Shown: piece after piece, positions 29,970 through 44,900 of the stretch
Numbering within the stretch: position 1 is the stretch's first letter
Layout: the number at the start of each line of letters is the position of its first letter
Assembly: GCF_009914755.1 (NCBI RefSeq)
Contig: NC_060934.1
Source of the DNA: the human T2T-CHM13v2.0 reference genome, Homo sapiens
Length of the DNA stretch: 64,000 nucleotides
Strand: one strand, 5' to 3'
Translations under genes and position numbers: made by a program
Notes under the pieces: model-generated
Seen by the model: only the letters and a program-made list of their open reading frames with translations
Database searches by the model: none
What the model was told of the DNA's origin: nothing

Positions 29970-30490
29970 ATATTATTGCTAAATTCAGTAGTGTTTCCAT
30001 TGTTGAAATATACCACAGTTTATTTACCCATTAACCCACTGAAGGACATTTGGGTTGTTTTCTGTTATTAGTGGTTATGAATAAAGCTGCTATAAACATT
30101 CATGCATAGGTTTTTCTGTGAACACAAGTTTTCAGTTCACTTAGCATTGTTGGGTCATATGAGAAGTGCGTGTTACGCTGTAGAAGAAACTGCCAAATGG
30201 GGCTGGGCACAGTGGCTCACACCTGTAATACCAGCACTTTGGGAGGCTGAAGCAGGAGGACAACTAGAGGTCAGGAGTTCAAGCCCAGCCTGGGCAACAA
30301 GGAACCTATCTCTACCAAAAAAAGTTAAAAAATTAGCCAAGCATGGTGGCATGCACCTGTAGTCCTAGCTACTCGGGAGGCTGAGGTGGAAGGATCCTAG
30401 AGTGGCTGTGCAATTTTGCATTCCCATTGGCAATGTATAGGAGTTCCAATCACTTTGTGTTATTGTGAACACTTAGTAATGTCAGTATTT
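29970..30490 (-). mobile_element. L1MB/MC fragment
   Basis: 'tgaaggacatttgggttgttt...tatgaataaagctgctataaacattcatg...gaaactgccaaa'. Confidence 0.8.
30201..30397 (+). mobile_element. AluJ lacking its 3' end and tail
   Basis: Left arm, linker and start of the right arm. It stops at 'ggaaggatc' and the host L1 resumes. Confidence 0.9.
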
Positions 30491-30559
30491 GTTTTTGTTA
30501 TTATTACAACAGTTTTTGAATAGTTATCATTATTATTTCAAAATATTTTGAAATATTAT

Positions 30560-30892
30560 TAAACAGTTCATGTTTAATTACATGGATGTGTTCTTTAGTG
30601 GTGATTTCTGAGATTTTGATGCACCCATCACCTGAGCAGTGCCGACTACACAGCGCCCAATGTGTAGTCTTTCATCCCTCACTCCTCTCCTGTACTTCCC
30701 CCCAGGTCCCCAGAGTCCATTATATCATTCTTATGCCTTTGCATCCTCATAGCTTAGCTGCCACTTACAAGTGAGAACATATGATGTTTGGTTTTCCATT
30801 CCTGAGTTAGTTCACTTACAATAATGGTCTCCAACTCTATTGCCGTGAATGGCATTATTTTGTTCCTTTCTATGGCTGAGCAGTATTCCATG

Positions 30893-30935
<43 letters not shown>

Positions 30936-33900
30936 ACATTTTCTTTATCCACTCATTGGTTGATGGGTTCTATATTTTGGCAAATACAAATTGTGCTGCT
31001 ATAAACATGCTGTGCCATTTTTTTTTTTTTTTTCAAATAATGACTTCTTTTCCTCTGGGTAGATAACCAGATGTGGGACTGCTGGATCAAATGGTAGTTC
31101 TACTTTTAGTTCTTTAAGGAATCTCTGTACCTTTTTCCATAGTGGTTGTACTACTTTACATTCCCACCAGTAGTGTAAAAGTGTTCCCTTTTCACCACAT
31201 CCATGCCGCATCTATTATTTTTTGATTTTTTAATTATGGCCATTCTTGTAGAAGTAAGGTGATATTGGATTGTGGTTTTGATTTGCATTTCTCTGATAAT
31301 TAGTGATGTTGAGTATTTTTTTGTATGTCTGTTGGCCATTTGTATATCTTCTTTTGAGAATTGTCTAAATTGTCTATTCATGTCCTTAGCCCACCTTTTG
31401 ATGAGATTATTTGTTTATTATTTGTTTTTTTCCTTCTGATTTGTTTGATTTCTTTGTAGATTCTGGATCTTTCTCAGATGCACAGTTTGCAAATATTTTC
31501 TCCCACTGTGTATGTTGCCGGTTTACTCTGCTGATTATTCCTTTTGCTGTGCAGAAGCTTTTTAGTTTAATTAAGTCTCATCTATTTATCTTTGTTTTTG
31601 TTGCATTTGCTTTTGGGTTCTCGGTCATGAACTCTTTGCCTAAGCCAATGTCTAGAAGAGTTTCTCAGATGTCATCTTCTAGAATTTTTATGGTTTCAGG
31701 TCTCAGATTTAAGTCTTTGATCCATCTTGAGTTGATTTCTGTATAAGGTGAAAGATGAGTATCCAGTTTCATTCTTCCACACGTGGCTCACCAATTATTC
31801 CAGCAACAGCTGTTGAATAAGATGTCCTTTCCCCACTTTATGTTTTCATTTGCTTTACCAAAGATCAGTTGGCTATAAGTATTTGGCTTTATTTCTTGGT
31901 TCTTTATTCTGTTCCATTGGTCTACATGCCTGTTTTTATACCAATACTATGCTGTTTTGGTGACTACAGCCTTGTAGTATAGTTTGAAGTTGGGTAATGT
32001 GATGCCTCCAGGTTTGTTCTTCTTGCTTAGTCTTGCTTTGGCTATGCGGGCCCTTTTTTGTTCCATATGAATTTTAGGATTGTTTTTTCTAGTTCTGTGA
32101 AGAATGATGATATATTTTGATGGAAATTGCATTGAATTTGTAGAACGCTTTTGGCAGTATGGTCATTTTCACAATATTGATTCTACCCATGCATGAGCAT
32201 GGGATGTGTTTCCATTTGTTTGTGTCCTCTGTTATTTCTTTCAGTAGTGTTTTGCAGTTTTCCTTGTAGAAGTCTTTCACTTCTTTGATTAGGTATATTC
32301 CTAAGTTTTTTTTGTTTGTTTTTGTTTTTTGTTTTTCTGCAGCTGTTGATTTGATTCTCAGTTTGTTCGTTGTTGGTGTATAGCAGTATTGTATTTTGTG
32401 GAGAATTTTTGCATCTATGTTCATCAAAGATATTGGTCTCCAGTTTTCTTTTTTTGTGTGATGTTCTTTCCGGGTATGGGTATTAGGGGTGATACTGGTT
32501 TCATAGAATGATTTAGGGAGGATTCTCTCTCTATCTTTTGGAATAGTTTCAGTTGGATTGGTACCAAGTCTTCTTTGAATGTCTAATAGAATTCAGTTGT
32601 GAATCCATCTGGTCCTGGACTTTTTTGTTGGCAATTTTTTTATTAGTTTCAATCTTGTTACTTGTTATTTGTCTGTTCATAGTTTCTATTCCTTCCTGGT
32701 TTAATCTAGGAGGGTTGTATATTTCCAGGAATTTATCCATCTTCTCTAGGTTTTCTAGTTTGTGTGCATAAAGGTGTTCATAGTAACCTTGAATGATCTT
32801 TTGTATTTCTGTGGTATTGGTTGTAATATGTACCATTTTGTTTCTAATTGAGCTTATTTGGATCTTCTCCTTTTCTTGGTTAATTTCACTAATAGTCAAT
32901 CAATTTTGTTTATCTTTTCAGAGAACCAGCCTTTTGTTTCATTTATCTTTTGTATTTTTTTCAATTTCATTTAGTTCTGCTCTGACCTTTCTTATTTCTT
33001 TTCTTCTGCTGGGTTTGAGTTTGGTTTGTTCTTCTTTCTCCAGTTCTTTGAGGTGTGACCTTAAATTATCTATTTGGAGCCTTTCAGACTTTTTGATGTA
33101 GGCATTTAATGCTATGAACTTCCCTCTTAGCACCACTTTGCTGTATCCCAGAGGTTCTGATAGGTTGTGTCACTATTATCATTCAGTTCAAATACTTTTT
33201 AAATTTCCATCTTGATTTTATTGTTGACCCAGTGATCACTCAGGATAAGGTTATTTAATTTCCATGTATTTGCATGGTTTTGAGGGTTCCTTCTGGAATT
33301 GATTTCCAGTTTCATTGCACTGTGGTCTGAGAGAGTACTTGATATAATTTTGATTTTCTTAAATTTGTTGAGACTTGTTCTGTGGCCTATCATATGGTTT
33401 GTCTTGAAGAATGGTCCATGTGATGATGAATAGAATGTATATTCTGCAGTTGTTGAGTAGAATGTCCTGTAAATATCTGTTAAGTTCATTTGTTCTAGGG
33501 TATAGTTTAAGTCCATTGTTTCTTTGTTGACTTTTTATTTTGATGACCTAAGTGCTGTCAGTGGAGTATTGAAGTCCCCCACTATTTTGAGACAGAGTCT
33601 CACTCAGTCACCCAGGCTGGAGTGCAATGACGCGATCTCGGCTCACTAAAACCTCTGCCTCCTGGGTTCAAGTGATTCTCCTGCCTCAGCCTCCCATGTA
33701 GCTGGGATTGCAGGCACCCACCATCATGCCCAGCTAATTTTTGTATTTTTATAGAAACCGGGTTTCACCATGTCGGCCAGGCAGTCCCCTACTATTATTG
33801 TTTTGTTGTCTATCTCTAAAGTCTAGCAGTAATTGTTTTATAAATTTGGGACCTCCAGTGTTAGGTGCATATATATTGAGGATTGTGATATTTTCCTGTT

Positions 33901-35950
33901 GGGCTAATCCTTTTATCATTGTGTAAGGTCCTTCTTTTCTTTTTTGACTGTTGTTGCTTTAAAGTCTGTTTTGTCTGATATAAGAATAGCTACTCCTGCT
34001 TGCTTTTGGTTTCCATTTGCATGGAATATCTCTTTCCACTCCTTTACCTTAAGTTTATGTGAGTCCTTATGTGTTAGGTGAGTCTCTTGAAGACACCAGA
34101 TACTTGGCTGGTGGATTTTTTTCCATTCTGACATTGTGTATCTTTTCAATGAAGCATTTATGCCATTTACATTCAACATTAGTACTCACATGTGAGGTAC
34201 TGTTCTATTCATCCTGCTAGTTGTTGCCTGAATACCTTGTGGGGTTTTTTCATTAGGCTATTGTTTTATAGGTCCTGTGAGATTTATGCTTTAAGGAGGT
34301 TCTATTTTGGTGTATTTCAATGTTTTGTTTCAAGATCTAGAACTCATTTTAGCATTTCTCGCAGTGCTGGCTTGGTAGTGGTGAATTATCTCAGCATTTG
34401 TTTGTCTGAAAAAGACTTTATCTCTTTTTCATTTATGAAGCTTAGTTTCACTAGATACAAAATTTTGGCCTGATAATTATTTTGTTTAAGGAGGCTAAAG
34501 ATAGGACCCCAATCCCTTCTGACTTGCAGGGTTTCTGCTGAGAAATCTGCTGTTCATCCAGTAGATTTTCCTTTATAGGTTACCTGATACTTTTGCCTCA
34601 CAGTTCTTAATATTCTATCCTTCCTCTTGACTTCAGATAACCTTGTGACTATGTGCCTAGGTGATTATCTTTTTACAAAGAATTTCATGGGTGTCCTTGA
34701 GCTTCTTGTATTTCAATGTCTAGACCTCTAGCAAGACCAGAGAAATTTTTCTCAATTATTCCCTCAAGTAAGTTTTCCAAACTTTTAGATTTATCTTCTT
34801 CCTCAGGAACCCCTTTGGTCATTTGACATAATCCTAAATTTCTTGGAGGCTTTGTTTATTCTTTTTTCTTTGTCTTTGTCAGGTTGGGTTAATTTGAAAG
34901 CCTTGTCTTCAAGCTCTGAAATTCTTTCTTCTACTTGCTCAATTCTATTGTTCAAACTTTCCAGTGTATTTTGCATTTCTCTAAGTGTGTCTTTCATTTG
35001 CAGAAGTTGTGATTGTCTTTTCTTTATGATATCTATTTCTCTGGAGACTTTTTCATCCATATCCTGTATTTTTTTTAATTTCTTTACATTGGGTTTCGAC
35101 TGTCTCTGGTGCTTCCTTGAGTAGCTGAATAATCAACCTTCTGAATTCTTTATCTGGTAAATCAGAGATTTCTTCTTGGCTTGGATCCATTGCTGGAGAG
35201 CTAGTGTGATCTTTTGGCGGGGGGTGGGGTGCTATAGAGCCTTGTTTTGTCATATTACCAGAATTACTTTTCTGGTCCCTTCTCATTTGGGTAGACTATT
35301 TCATCGGAAAGATCTGAAACTCAAGAGCTGCTATTCAGATTCTTTTGTCCCATGGGGTAATCCCTTGATGTGGTGCTCTCCCCCTTTCCCTAGAGATGGG
35401 GCTTCCTGAAAGCCAGACTGCAGTGATTTTTATTGCCCTTCTGGGTCTAGCCACCTAGTGGGGCTACCAGGCTCCAGGCTGGTGCTGAGGAATGTCTGCA
35501 AAGAGCTCTGATGTGATCCATCTTCAGGTATCTCAGTCATGGATATCAATATCTCCCCCAGTGGAGGTGGCAGGGGAGTGGAGTGGACTCTGGGGCAGTT
35601 CTTGGTTGTAGCTTTGTTTAGTGCGCTGGTAGTCTTGAATGCTGGTTATGCTAACAGTGAAGTTGTCACGTGGACAGAGTCAGGACCTCTGGTTAGCCAG
35701 GGTGTTGCAGGTGGTGGAATTACCTATTGTTTTCTCCTTCTTTGGAGCAGGGTTTTTCTGTTATGAGTTGCTGTAATGGCTTGAGTTGGTTGACCTCCAG
35801 CCAGGAGGTGGTGCTTTTAAGAGAGCATCAGCTGCAGAAGTAGAAGGGAGATACAGTCTTGCCCTACATTGGCCAGGATGAGTATTCGGGTTTCTCAGGT
35901 GATGGGCCGGGCCATAGAGCTCCCAAAAGTTTATGTCTTTTGTCTTTGGA
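30560..35950 (-). mobile_element. L1PB (PB1-like 3' end, L1PBa-like 5'UTR), near full length and inactive
   Basis: Successive frameshifted minus-strand ORF remnants: ORF1 (34803-35286), endonuclease (33916-34179 'LNVNGINASLKR...CLQETHLT'), ORF2 middle and C-terminus. RT core deleted near 32388. (TA)n at 30902-30932. Confidence 0.95.
33587..33782 (-). mobile_element. 5'-truncated, nearly tail-less AluS inside the L1PB
   Basis: TSD agtcccc(c/t)actatt at 33573-33586 and 33783-33796. Confidence 0.93.
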
Positions 35951-36334
35951 GTTTTTTCGTTGTCTCGTGGCATCTGCAGTGGCAAGCTGCTTCTTTCTAT
36001 GTTCAGAATCTTATATTTTGTTCATATTATATTTCTTACTACCCAGCACCAACTGAGCCATTCAAATCTTTCTTGAGGATAGAATATAGTCTGAAATATC
36101 TCCATAAACTACTTAAACAGATATGGAAAAGTCAAGAGTGAGTGGAGCCAAACAATAGTAACAGAAGGAAAAGATTAGGGTTGGCTTGCCCATTCTTTGG
36201 GCTACCATCAGAACTCTGATTTTATGGCTTGCACACATTAGAAGTTACAGGGAGACTCAACTACATATTGATCCTCAGGGAATCATGGTATTTGCTTCAC
36301 AGTTTTCCCTTGATTTACCTTTGACAAAAAGGCC

Positions 36335-36530
36335 CTGGGAGTCCAGTCTCAGCTCTGTCAACTTAGCAGTTTTACTATTTTGAGTAAATCGTTCAACCAC
36401 TCTGTGCTTTATAGTCTTCACATGTAAATTTGAGGACATAAAAACTAACTAATAGAATTTTGAGAGCTAAACTCAATAATGTGGGCAAAGCACTTACACT
36501 AGTGCCTAGTTTCTATTAACCAAGTAAAGG
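36335..36530 (+). mobile_element. MIR
   Basis: 'tttgagtaaatcgttcaaccactctgtgcttt...catgtaaattt...aaagcacttacactagtgcct'. Confidence 0.7.
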
Positions 36531-36977
36531 GTTGTCATTACATTCATATTATATTTCTTTCTACAGACTTAATAATTCATTCTTAAAAGCAATTTCTCTC
36601 CCCAATGTACAAATAAAGGGGAAAAAGTATAAAGTATTCTCAAAATTCTAACTCGTATGATTATATAATAATCAAAGCTTTTCCAGGCAGACCACTTTTC
36701 CCAAATCATGTTTATAGAGGATAAACCAACGTTACTCAGTATAGCAGTGCTGGGATCTGTTAGGTCTGTCTACAGCATTAGAGTGGGCAAAATTTCAAAA
36801 TGGAAAGTAGTAGACATTTCTTATATTTTCTCTTTATATCAGAAAGTAACTATCTGGGCCTATTCCAAGATTTATAAGTTACTACTTTAATATCTTTTAG
36901 AGGACGGCTATACAAACTAGGATCATGTATTGCATTTAGATCTCATGTCGCTTCAGTCTCTTTCATTGTATTGATAG

Positions 36978-37317
<340 letters not shown>

Positions 37318-38777
37318 TGACCCTAACACTTCTTAAAAGTACAAGCCAGTTACTTTACAGATATTCCTTGTTTTAGGTTTTTAGATTGTTGTGTCATGCT
37401 TTTTGCATTTTTTCCAGGAATCTCACTGCAGTGATGTCATGCTTTCTGAGTGCACCACATCAGAAGGCACATGATATCAACGAGCCCCATAATGGGAGAT
37501 GTTAACTTTATCGTTTAATGTGGTGCCTGCCAGATTTATTTATTGTAGAGTTAATTGATAAATATGTTGTACATATTTGAAGCCATGTCTCAGGAATCTG
37601 GGGTTCTGAATCATGAAAAGTCTTCCTGCTCAAGAGAAAAAAAATTCCCTTATTCCCAGAAGATGGCTGAGTGTCATAATTTTAAAAAGAGGATAATTTA
37701 AATAATTTAAATAAATTAATAGAAGAATATGACTTGACTCATTCCCTTGTTGCCAAAACCAATTGATAGATCCTTGTCCTCTTCATATTTAACATTCTAG
37801 TCACATTTGAGATTTTGACCCTTTCTTATGTGGTCAAAATCCTCTAAAACACTCCTCTGTTTTCTTTTCTGTGGTGCTAATCTCTAGTGTTTCTCTTCCT
37901 AAATGGCTGACCAGATCTGCTTCTCTGGAATCATAAATACACTTTTAGATAAATGCCTATTTTTAACAAAAAAAGAAGAAGCTTATTCTAGTTATGTAAT
38001 TTCAGGCAAATTTGTTTACTAAGTGACATATTGAGAAATTTTTCCTGTACCTTTAAATATTCCTATAAATAATTTTAATAGTGGCTTGGTATTCCATGGT
38101 AGACATGTGCCATTATTTACCTATGTCCTTTGGGGATATATAGGTTGTTTTCTTTTAAAAGAAATGTAGTGTTGTTATAGCAGGGGGTGGGAAATAATAC
38201 AGAAACAACAGAAAAAAAATAAGTTATTTCCTCTTCTACCAAAATTAGTGCATATGTGGACACATAAACATACAAAAAAAGTTTGGAAATAATATGCCAG
38301 AATAGCTATAATTAATATATCTGTTTGATAGGTTGGGAATGGATTTTATTTTTAAAAGTAAAATAAAAACTACAAAGTACTTTATGTTACAGTCTGCCTT
38401 TAAGGAACCAAGGTACCAAATCATACTGACTGGGAGGGACATAATGAATATTGGAAAAGGAGAAACAGAATTTAGCAGAGACCAAGGAGGGAGAAACCTG
38501 ATAGCAGAGATGCCCTGTTCATCAGTGTTCATGAATGGTGCTGCTAGTCTCTTAAACACCTAGGCATATTGTAGAATATCTATATACATGTTCACACACA
38601 AATACATATACAGTCTCCTAAGTAAGCCTCAGGCTAGCACTGATTATTGAGGTCTTGAAAGATGATATAGGCAGAATATGGTTTATTCAGTATCATGGAT
38701 ACTTGAAGGTACACTACAGGAAATAGAGGTGAATAGGATTTAATGATATAACATATATTATAAACATATAATAACAA

Positions 38778-39326
<549 letters not shown>

Positions 39327-39655
39327 TCCCAGGGTCCCTCTTGAGTCACTGGTAGAATCAGAGGAAGTGAAGGTTTCCAGTGCCCAAGGCAGCAGTGTGT
39401 CCTCTGAACCATCCTGCTTTCCAGACAGGAACCTTAGAAGAGTCACATTTCCCTCTATCGAGAACAGCCATTGTTAGACCAACAGCATCCTCAAAAGCTT
39501 TTGCAAATCCCTGTTTATCTCTAACTAAACCCTGACTGTGCCCTTCACTTTGGAAAGACAGAGATTGGGAAATATGGAATAGAAAAAAATGCCCTGGAAG
39601 AACTATGTTTTTATTTCTAATAACACCTGACATTTGATTCTTTGTCTTTGCCATG

Positions 39656-40029
39656 TGATATGGTTTGGCTATGTCCCCATCCAAATCTCATCTTGAATTG
39701 TAGTTCCCATTATCCCCACATGTCATGGAAGGGACCTGGTGGGAGGTAACTGGATCATGGGGACGGCTTCCCCCATGCTATTCTCGTGATAGTAAGTTCT
39801 CACAATATGTGATGGTTTTGTAAGGAGCTTCCCCCTTCACTGGGTTCTCATTCTTCTCTCTCCTGCCACCTAGTGAAGAAGGACGTGTTTGCCTCCCCTT
39901 CCACCATGATTGTAAGTTTCCTGAGGCCTCCCCAGCCATGTGGAACTATGAGTCAATTAAACCTCTTTCCTTTATAAATTACCCAGTCTCGGGTATGTCC
40001 TTATAGCAGCGTGAGAACAGACTTACACG
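39656..40029 (+). mobile_element. THE1 (THE1C/D-like) MaLR solo LTR
   Basis: Starts 'tgatatggtttggct' and ends 'attaaacctctttcctttataaattacccagtctc...gagaacagacttacacg'. TSD ccatg at 39651-39655 and 40030-40034. Confidence 0.95.
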
Positions 40030-40662
40030 CCATGATTCTTAACAAGCAGACACACCTGTTTCACCAGCTAAGTTTCCTCTGCCCAGCTTTTAAGGAGGCA
40101 GATGTTCCTGTGGATAATGCACTAAATCTACCAGAGAGATGCCCATAAAGTCTCGTTCAAGATATTTAGTGTGAGAGCCTTTGGTGGAAATAGAAAATTC
40201 CAACTATATTGTCACTAAGCTGTTTGATAAATAAGCAATCAAGCCTCGATTAATGTGCATTTCCCACATCACTTATGCCTAACCTGTCTGCAGCTTACTT
40301 GTGAAAACTCTAACACATGGTCCCAGAGGAAAAACCATTTTCTCTGTTTGTGAGAGCTCATTGCCTCTTATGTCCAATATTGTTTTCTAAGCCACTCACA
40401 CAGCAGCTGGGTAGGCAAAAAGAGTAAAGAATTATCAGATATAAAAAACAAACCAGACAAAGAAAAAACAAACTACTCTCAAATATGAAAGGTCTACTTT
40501 AAATCACAGCCCACAGCTATCTTCAAACCTCTTGAAGATTCTCTTCTCGTACCCAGTACTTACAACTCAAGAGTAGCATTAGTATGAGTTAGTCAAGCAG
40601 AAAGGCAAGTAGGAAATTTGCATCTTTACTTTAAGGTTAAAGTCAAACCTGCTCTTTCACAA

Positions 40663-40897
40663 CAGTGTTTTTCAACCTTTTCTACATTATCATCTCTCTT
40701 AGGAGCCCTTTTAGACATTTTTTTCTCCTAATTGCTCCCTCCAATAAAACTGTAATACTACAGATATATCATATATTTGTGTATGTACTGTATGTATAGC
40801 TACATATTGAAAGACTAACATTTTTTTCACCATCCCCCTCCCAAAAGAACCAATTTTTGACCCTTGATGGCAATATTACCCCTGTTTAGAATGAATG
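40663..40897 (-). mobile_element. hAT MITE (MER96B-like)
   Basis: 'cagtgtttttcaacc' end, and 'agaaccaatttttgacccttgatggcaatattacccctgtttagaatg'. Family assigned from recall. Confidence 0.65.
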
Positions 40898-40905
40898 ATC
40901 TACAA

Positions 40906-41155
40906 TGGAGAAAAGGGAACCCTCATACTCTGTTGGTGGGAATGTAAATTAGTACAACCACTCCTAGGTATATGCCCAAAGGAAAGGAAATAAGTATATC
41001 AGAGATATCTACATTTCCATGTGCATTGTAGCACTATTTACAGTAACCAAGATTTGGAAGCAATCTAAGTGTCCAGCAACAGATGAATGGATACAGACAA
41101 TGTGGTACCTATACACAATGGAGTACTATTCAGTCATAAAAAAAATGAGATCCTG
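40906..41155 (+). repeat. 250-bp inverted copy of L1MA segment 42453-42766
   Basis: Shares long identical tracts with the reverse complement of 42453-42766. ORFs 41019+ and 42584- both read MCIVALFTV...KCPATDEWIQTMWYLYTMEYYSVIKK. Confidence 0.93.
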
Positions 41156-41644
41156 CTTTTCTCTGAACAGCCAATATGCACTCCCCTTTAGAATCACAGA
41201 ATCTCCGAAATATAAGAGAATGTATGGTTCTGCTAATCGAATTGTTTTTACCCACTGGTTTGTAGTAGCCTTATTTGGGAAAAGGCCTTCTTTCAAAATA
41301 CAAATATGGGGGCTATACCCATGATATATTAATGACACCCTCTGTAGTTGAGGCCTAGGTAATTTTTTTAATGCCAAGTGATTTCAGTGCACACACTGTA
41401 TTTTGAACCATTCATTAAGTCCAATCTTTATTAATAACTTTTAAAACAGCTTACATCTATTGAATGCTAATGATGTGCCAGGCCCTATCTTAGTTCTTTA
41501 TCTCATGGATTTCTTACAGTAACTCTGTGAGTTATATACCACTATTATTCCTTTTTTTAACAGAATGGGAAACCTAGGCAGTAAGGAGTTAGTCCAGTGA
41601 TACCCAATGAGTCCCATTAATCTGAATTCAGAGTCTTCATTCTT

Positions 41645-41777
<133 letters not shown>

Positions 41778-41965
41778 TAGTTCACACAACCACTCCGCCA
41801 CCTTTATGCATAGGCCACCTACTGAGGCATGAATTTCTTGTAAAAGGCATATACATACACCCCTATTCATCTCTTACTTCTGGGCAAAAGCAGGTATTAA
41901 GAGAAAAATCGTGAGACTTAGAGTCAGGTAAAAGCTGGTTGGAATTTTAAATCCTCCATATTCTT

Positions 41966-44900
41966 CTTTTGTCCTTTTTTATTTTATTTTTAATTTTTGT
42001 GGGTACATAGTAGGTGTATTTACTAATGGGGTACATGAGATATTTTGATACAGGCATACAAGGCACAGTAATTACATCAGGGTAAATGGGGTATTCAACC
42101 CCTCAAGCATATATCCTTTGTGTTATAAACAATCCAATTTTACTTTTAGTTATTTTTAAATGTGCAATTAAATTATTTTTGACTATAGTCCCCCTGTTGT
42201 GTTATCAAATACTAGATCTTATTTATTCTTTCTATTTTGTGTACATATTAACCATCCCCACTTCACCCCAACACCTCCACTACCCTTCCCATCCTCTGGT
42301 AATCATCCTTCTGCTCTGTATCTCCATTAGTTCAATTATTTTAATTTTTAGCTCCCACAAATAAGTGAGAATATATGAAGTTTGTCTTTCTATGTTTGGT
42401 TTATTTTATTTAATGTAGTAACCTTCCACTCCATCCATGTAGTTACAAGTGACAGGATCTCATTTTTTTTTATGACTGAATAGTACTCCATTGTGTATAG
42501 GTACCACATTGTCTGTATCCATTCATCTGTTGCTGGACATTTAGGTTGCTTCTTGGCTACTGTAAATAGTGCTACAATGCACATCGAAATGCAGGTATCT
42601 CTGATATACTTACTTCCTTTCCTTTGGGTATATACCTAGGAGTGAGATTGCTAGATCATATGGTAGCTTTATTATTAGTTTTTTGAGAAAGCTCCAAACT
42701 GTTCTCCATAGTGGTTGTACTAATTTACATTCCCACCAACAGTGTATGAGGGTTCCCTTTTCTCCACATTCTTACCAGCATTTGTTACTGACTGACTTTG
42801 GATAAGATTGATTCTAACAGGGTGAGATGGTATCTCATTGTAGTTTTGATTTGCATTTCTTTGACGATCAATGATGTTGAGCACTTTTTCACTTGCCTGT
42901 TTGCCATTTGTATGTTTTCTTTTGAGAAATGTCTGTTCAGATCTTTTGCCCATTTTTTATTAGATGTTTTCCTGGATGGACTTGATGCTTGTGGATATTC
43001 ATCTGTGTGTGGGCATTGAAGAGTTAGGTATTTATTGTACTCATTGCAATCTGAGTTTGTTTGTGCCTGTCTTTCCTGGGAAGCCTTTCGAGATATATGA
43101 AATGAGTTGGGTGTTGTTATCTAAGGTATATCTGCTTTAGGGGGTCACCCCAAGCCCAGTAATGCTGTGGGTCTTGCAAACTCCGAGTTACCACCTTGAT
43201 AGTCTTGGATAAGATACAGAAGAATTTCGCTGGAATGCCAAGCTGAGACTCTTGTTCTCTTCCCTTACTTTCTTCCTAAAAAATGGAGTGTCTCCCTCTG
43301 TGATGAGATGCATAGAGATGGGGGTGGAGTGGCATAACCACCCCTATGGCCACCACCACTATGACTGTGCTGGGTTGGACCTGAAGCCAACACAGTACTG
43401 AGTCTCACCCAAGGCCCACTATAACCACTACCTGGCTACAGCCTATGTTCACTCAAGGCCTGGGGCTCCACAATCAGCAGGTGGTGAGTGCAGCCAGGCT
43501 TGTGTCCTTCCCTTCAGGGAGGTGAGTTCACCTAGGCCCTAGGTGGGTCAAGAGGGGCCATCTGGGAGCCAGGGACTGGAGTCAAAAACCTTAGAAATTT
43601 ATCTGGTGTTCTAATGTACTCCAGCTGAGCTGACACTCAAACCGCAAGATGTAGTTATTCTCACTCACTCTTCCCCTTTCCACTGGCAGAGGAGCCTTAT
43701 CCCATGACCACCACCACAGGCCCACACTGAGCACTGCCAGGCCACCACCAATGTTCCCTTAAGGCCCAAGGGCTCTTTAGTAAGCTTCTGGTGAATGCTG
43801 CCTGGCCTGGGACTCACTCTTCAGGGCAATGAGCTCCCCTCTGGCCTAGGGCAGGTTCAGAAATGCCATCCAAGAGTCAATTCCTGGTATCAGGGATCCC
43901 AAAAACCCACTTGATGCTCTACCCCGCATTGTGGCCAACCTGGTAACTGAGATGCAAGACAGAGTCCCCTTTACTTTTTCCTCTACTTTTCTCAAGCAGA
44001 AATCTCTCTCCATAGCCACCATAGCAGGAAATGTGCTGAGTCTCACCTGAAGCCAGCAAGTCTCAGAGTCTCACCAAAGGCCCATGGTGTGCTAACTGGG
44101 TATTGCTACTGGTTATTCAGGGCCCAAGAGCTCTTTAGTCAGCAAATGCTGGGTCCTGCCAGGCCAGGACTGGGTCCTTTTCAAGGCATCAGTTTCCCTT
44201 CTGGCCCATGATGTGTCTAGAAATGTCATCTAGGAACTAGGGCCTAGAATGGGGGTCTTACAACTCTGACTAGTGCCACTCTGACTAGTGCCTATGGTGT
44301 CTGAGCTGGTATCCAAAATGCAAAACAAAGTCCTCTTTACTCTTTTCTCTCCTCGTCTCAAGAGGAAGGAAGATGTCTCTTTTGGAGCTGCAAGCTGTGC
44401 AGCCTGGGGTTGAGGAAGGGGTGGTGCAAGCACTCCCTTAGTAACCCCAGCTGGTGTCTCACTAGGTCACGTGTCCTCCCATTCCACTGGCTCTGAGTGC
44501 AGTTCAGCACTAGGAATTGCCTAGGAGTTGCATTCCTTGTGACCTAGACCACCTTTCAAGTTTATTTACTGCCTGAAGACACTTTAGCCCACAGTGGTGA
44601 GGCTTGCCAGAATTCAAGTTCAGACCACTGGGATGGACAATTCCCATCTTGCTAGGGCTAGTTTAATGCATTGGCAGGCATCAGCTGAGTTCAGCCTGGT
44701 TTTGCTTCCTGCTATGACAGAGCACCACTGAGCTCAATGCATTGTCTCACCATTGCTGTAATCTCCCTCTCCCAAGAGCACAGATTATCTTTCTGCACCA
44801 TATGGCCACTGCCAGGGAATGAGAGAGGAATGGTCAATGATTCAAAACTGTCTTCTATCCTCCTCAGTGCCTCTTTCAGCTATTTGAAGTTAAAATCAGG

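Noticed and set aside
30999-35286. Chain of minus-strand ORFs resembling endonuclease/RT proteins
   Set aside because: Frameshifted ORF1/ORF2 remnants of one dead L1PB.
44263-44292. 15-bp tandem duplication (also a 10-bp one at 4151-4170 and AT-rich repeats at about 57632-57665)
   Set aside because: Ordinary slippage events with no further structure.
43360-44360. Imperfect ~370-bp internal repeats (about 43750-44000 vs 44120-44350)
   Set aside because: Consistent with the repeated modules of old L1M 5'UTRs, so part of the element and not a new array.
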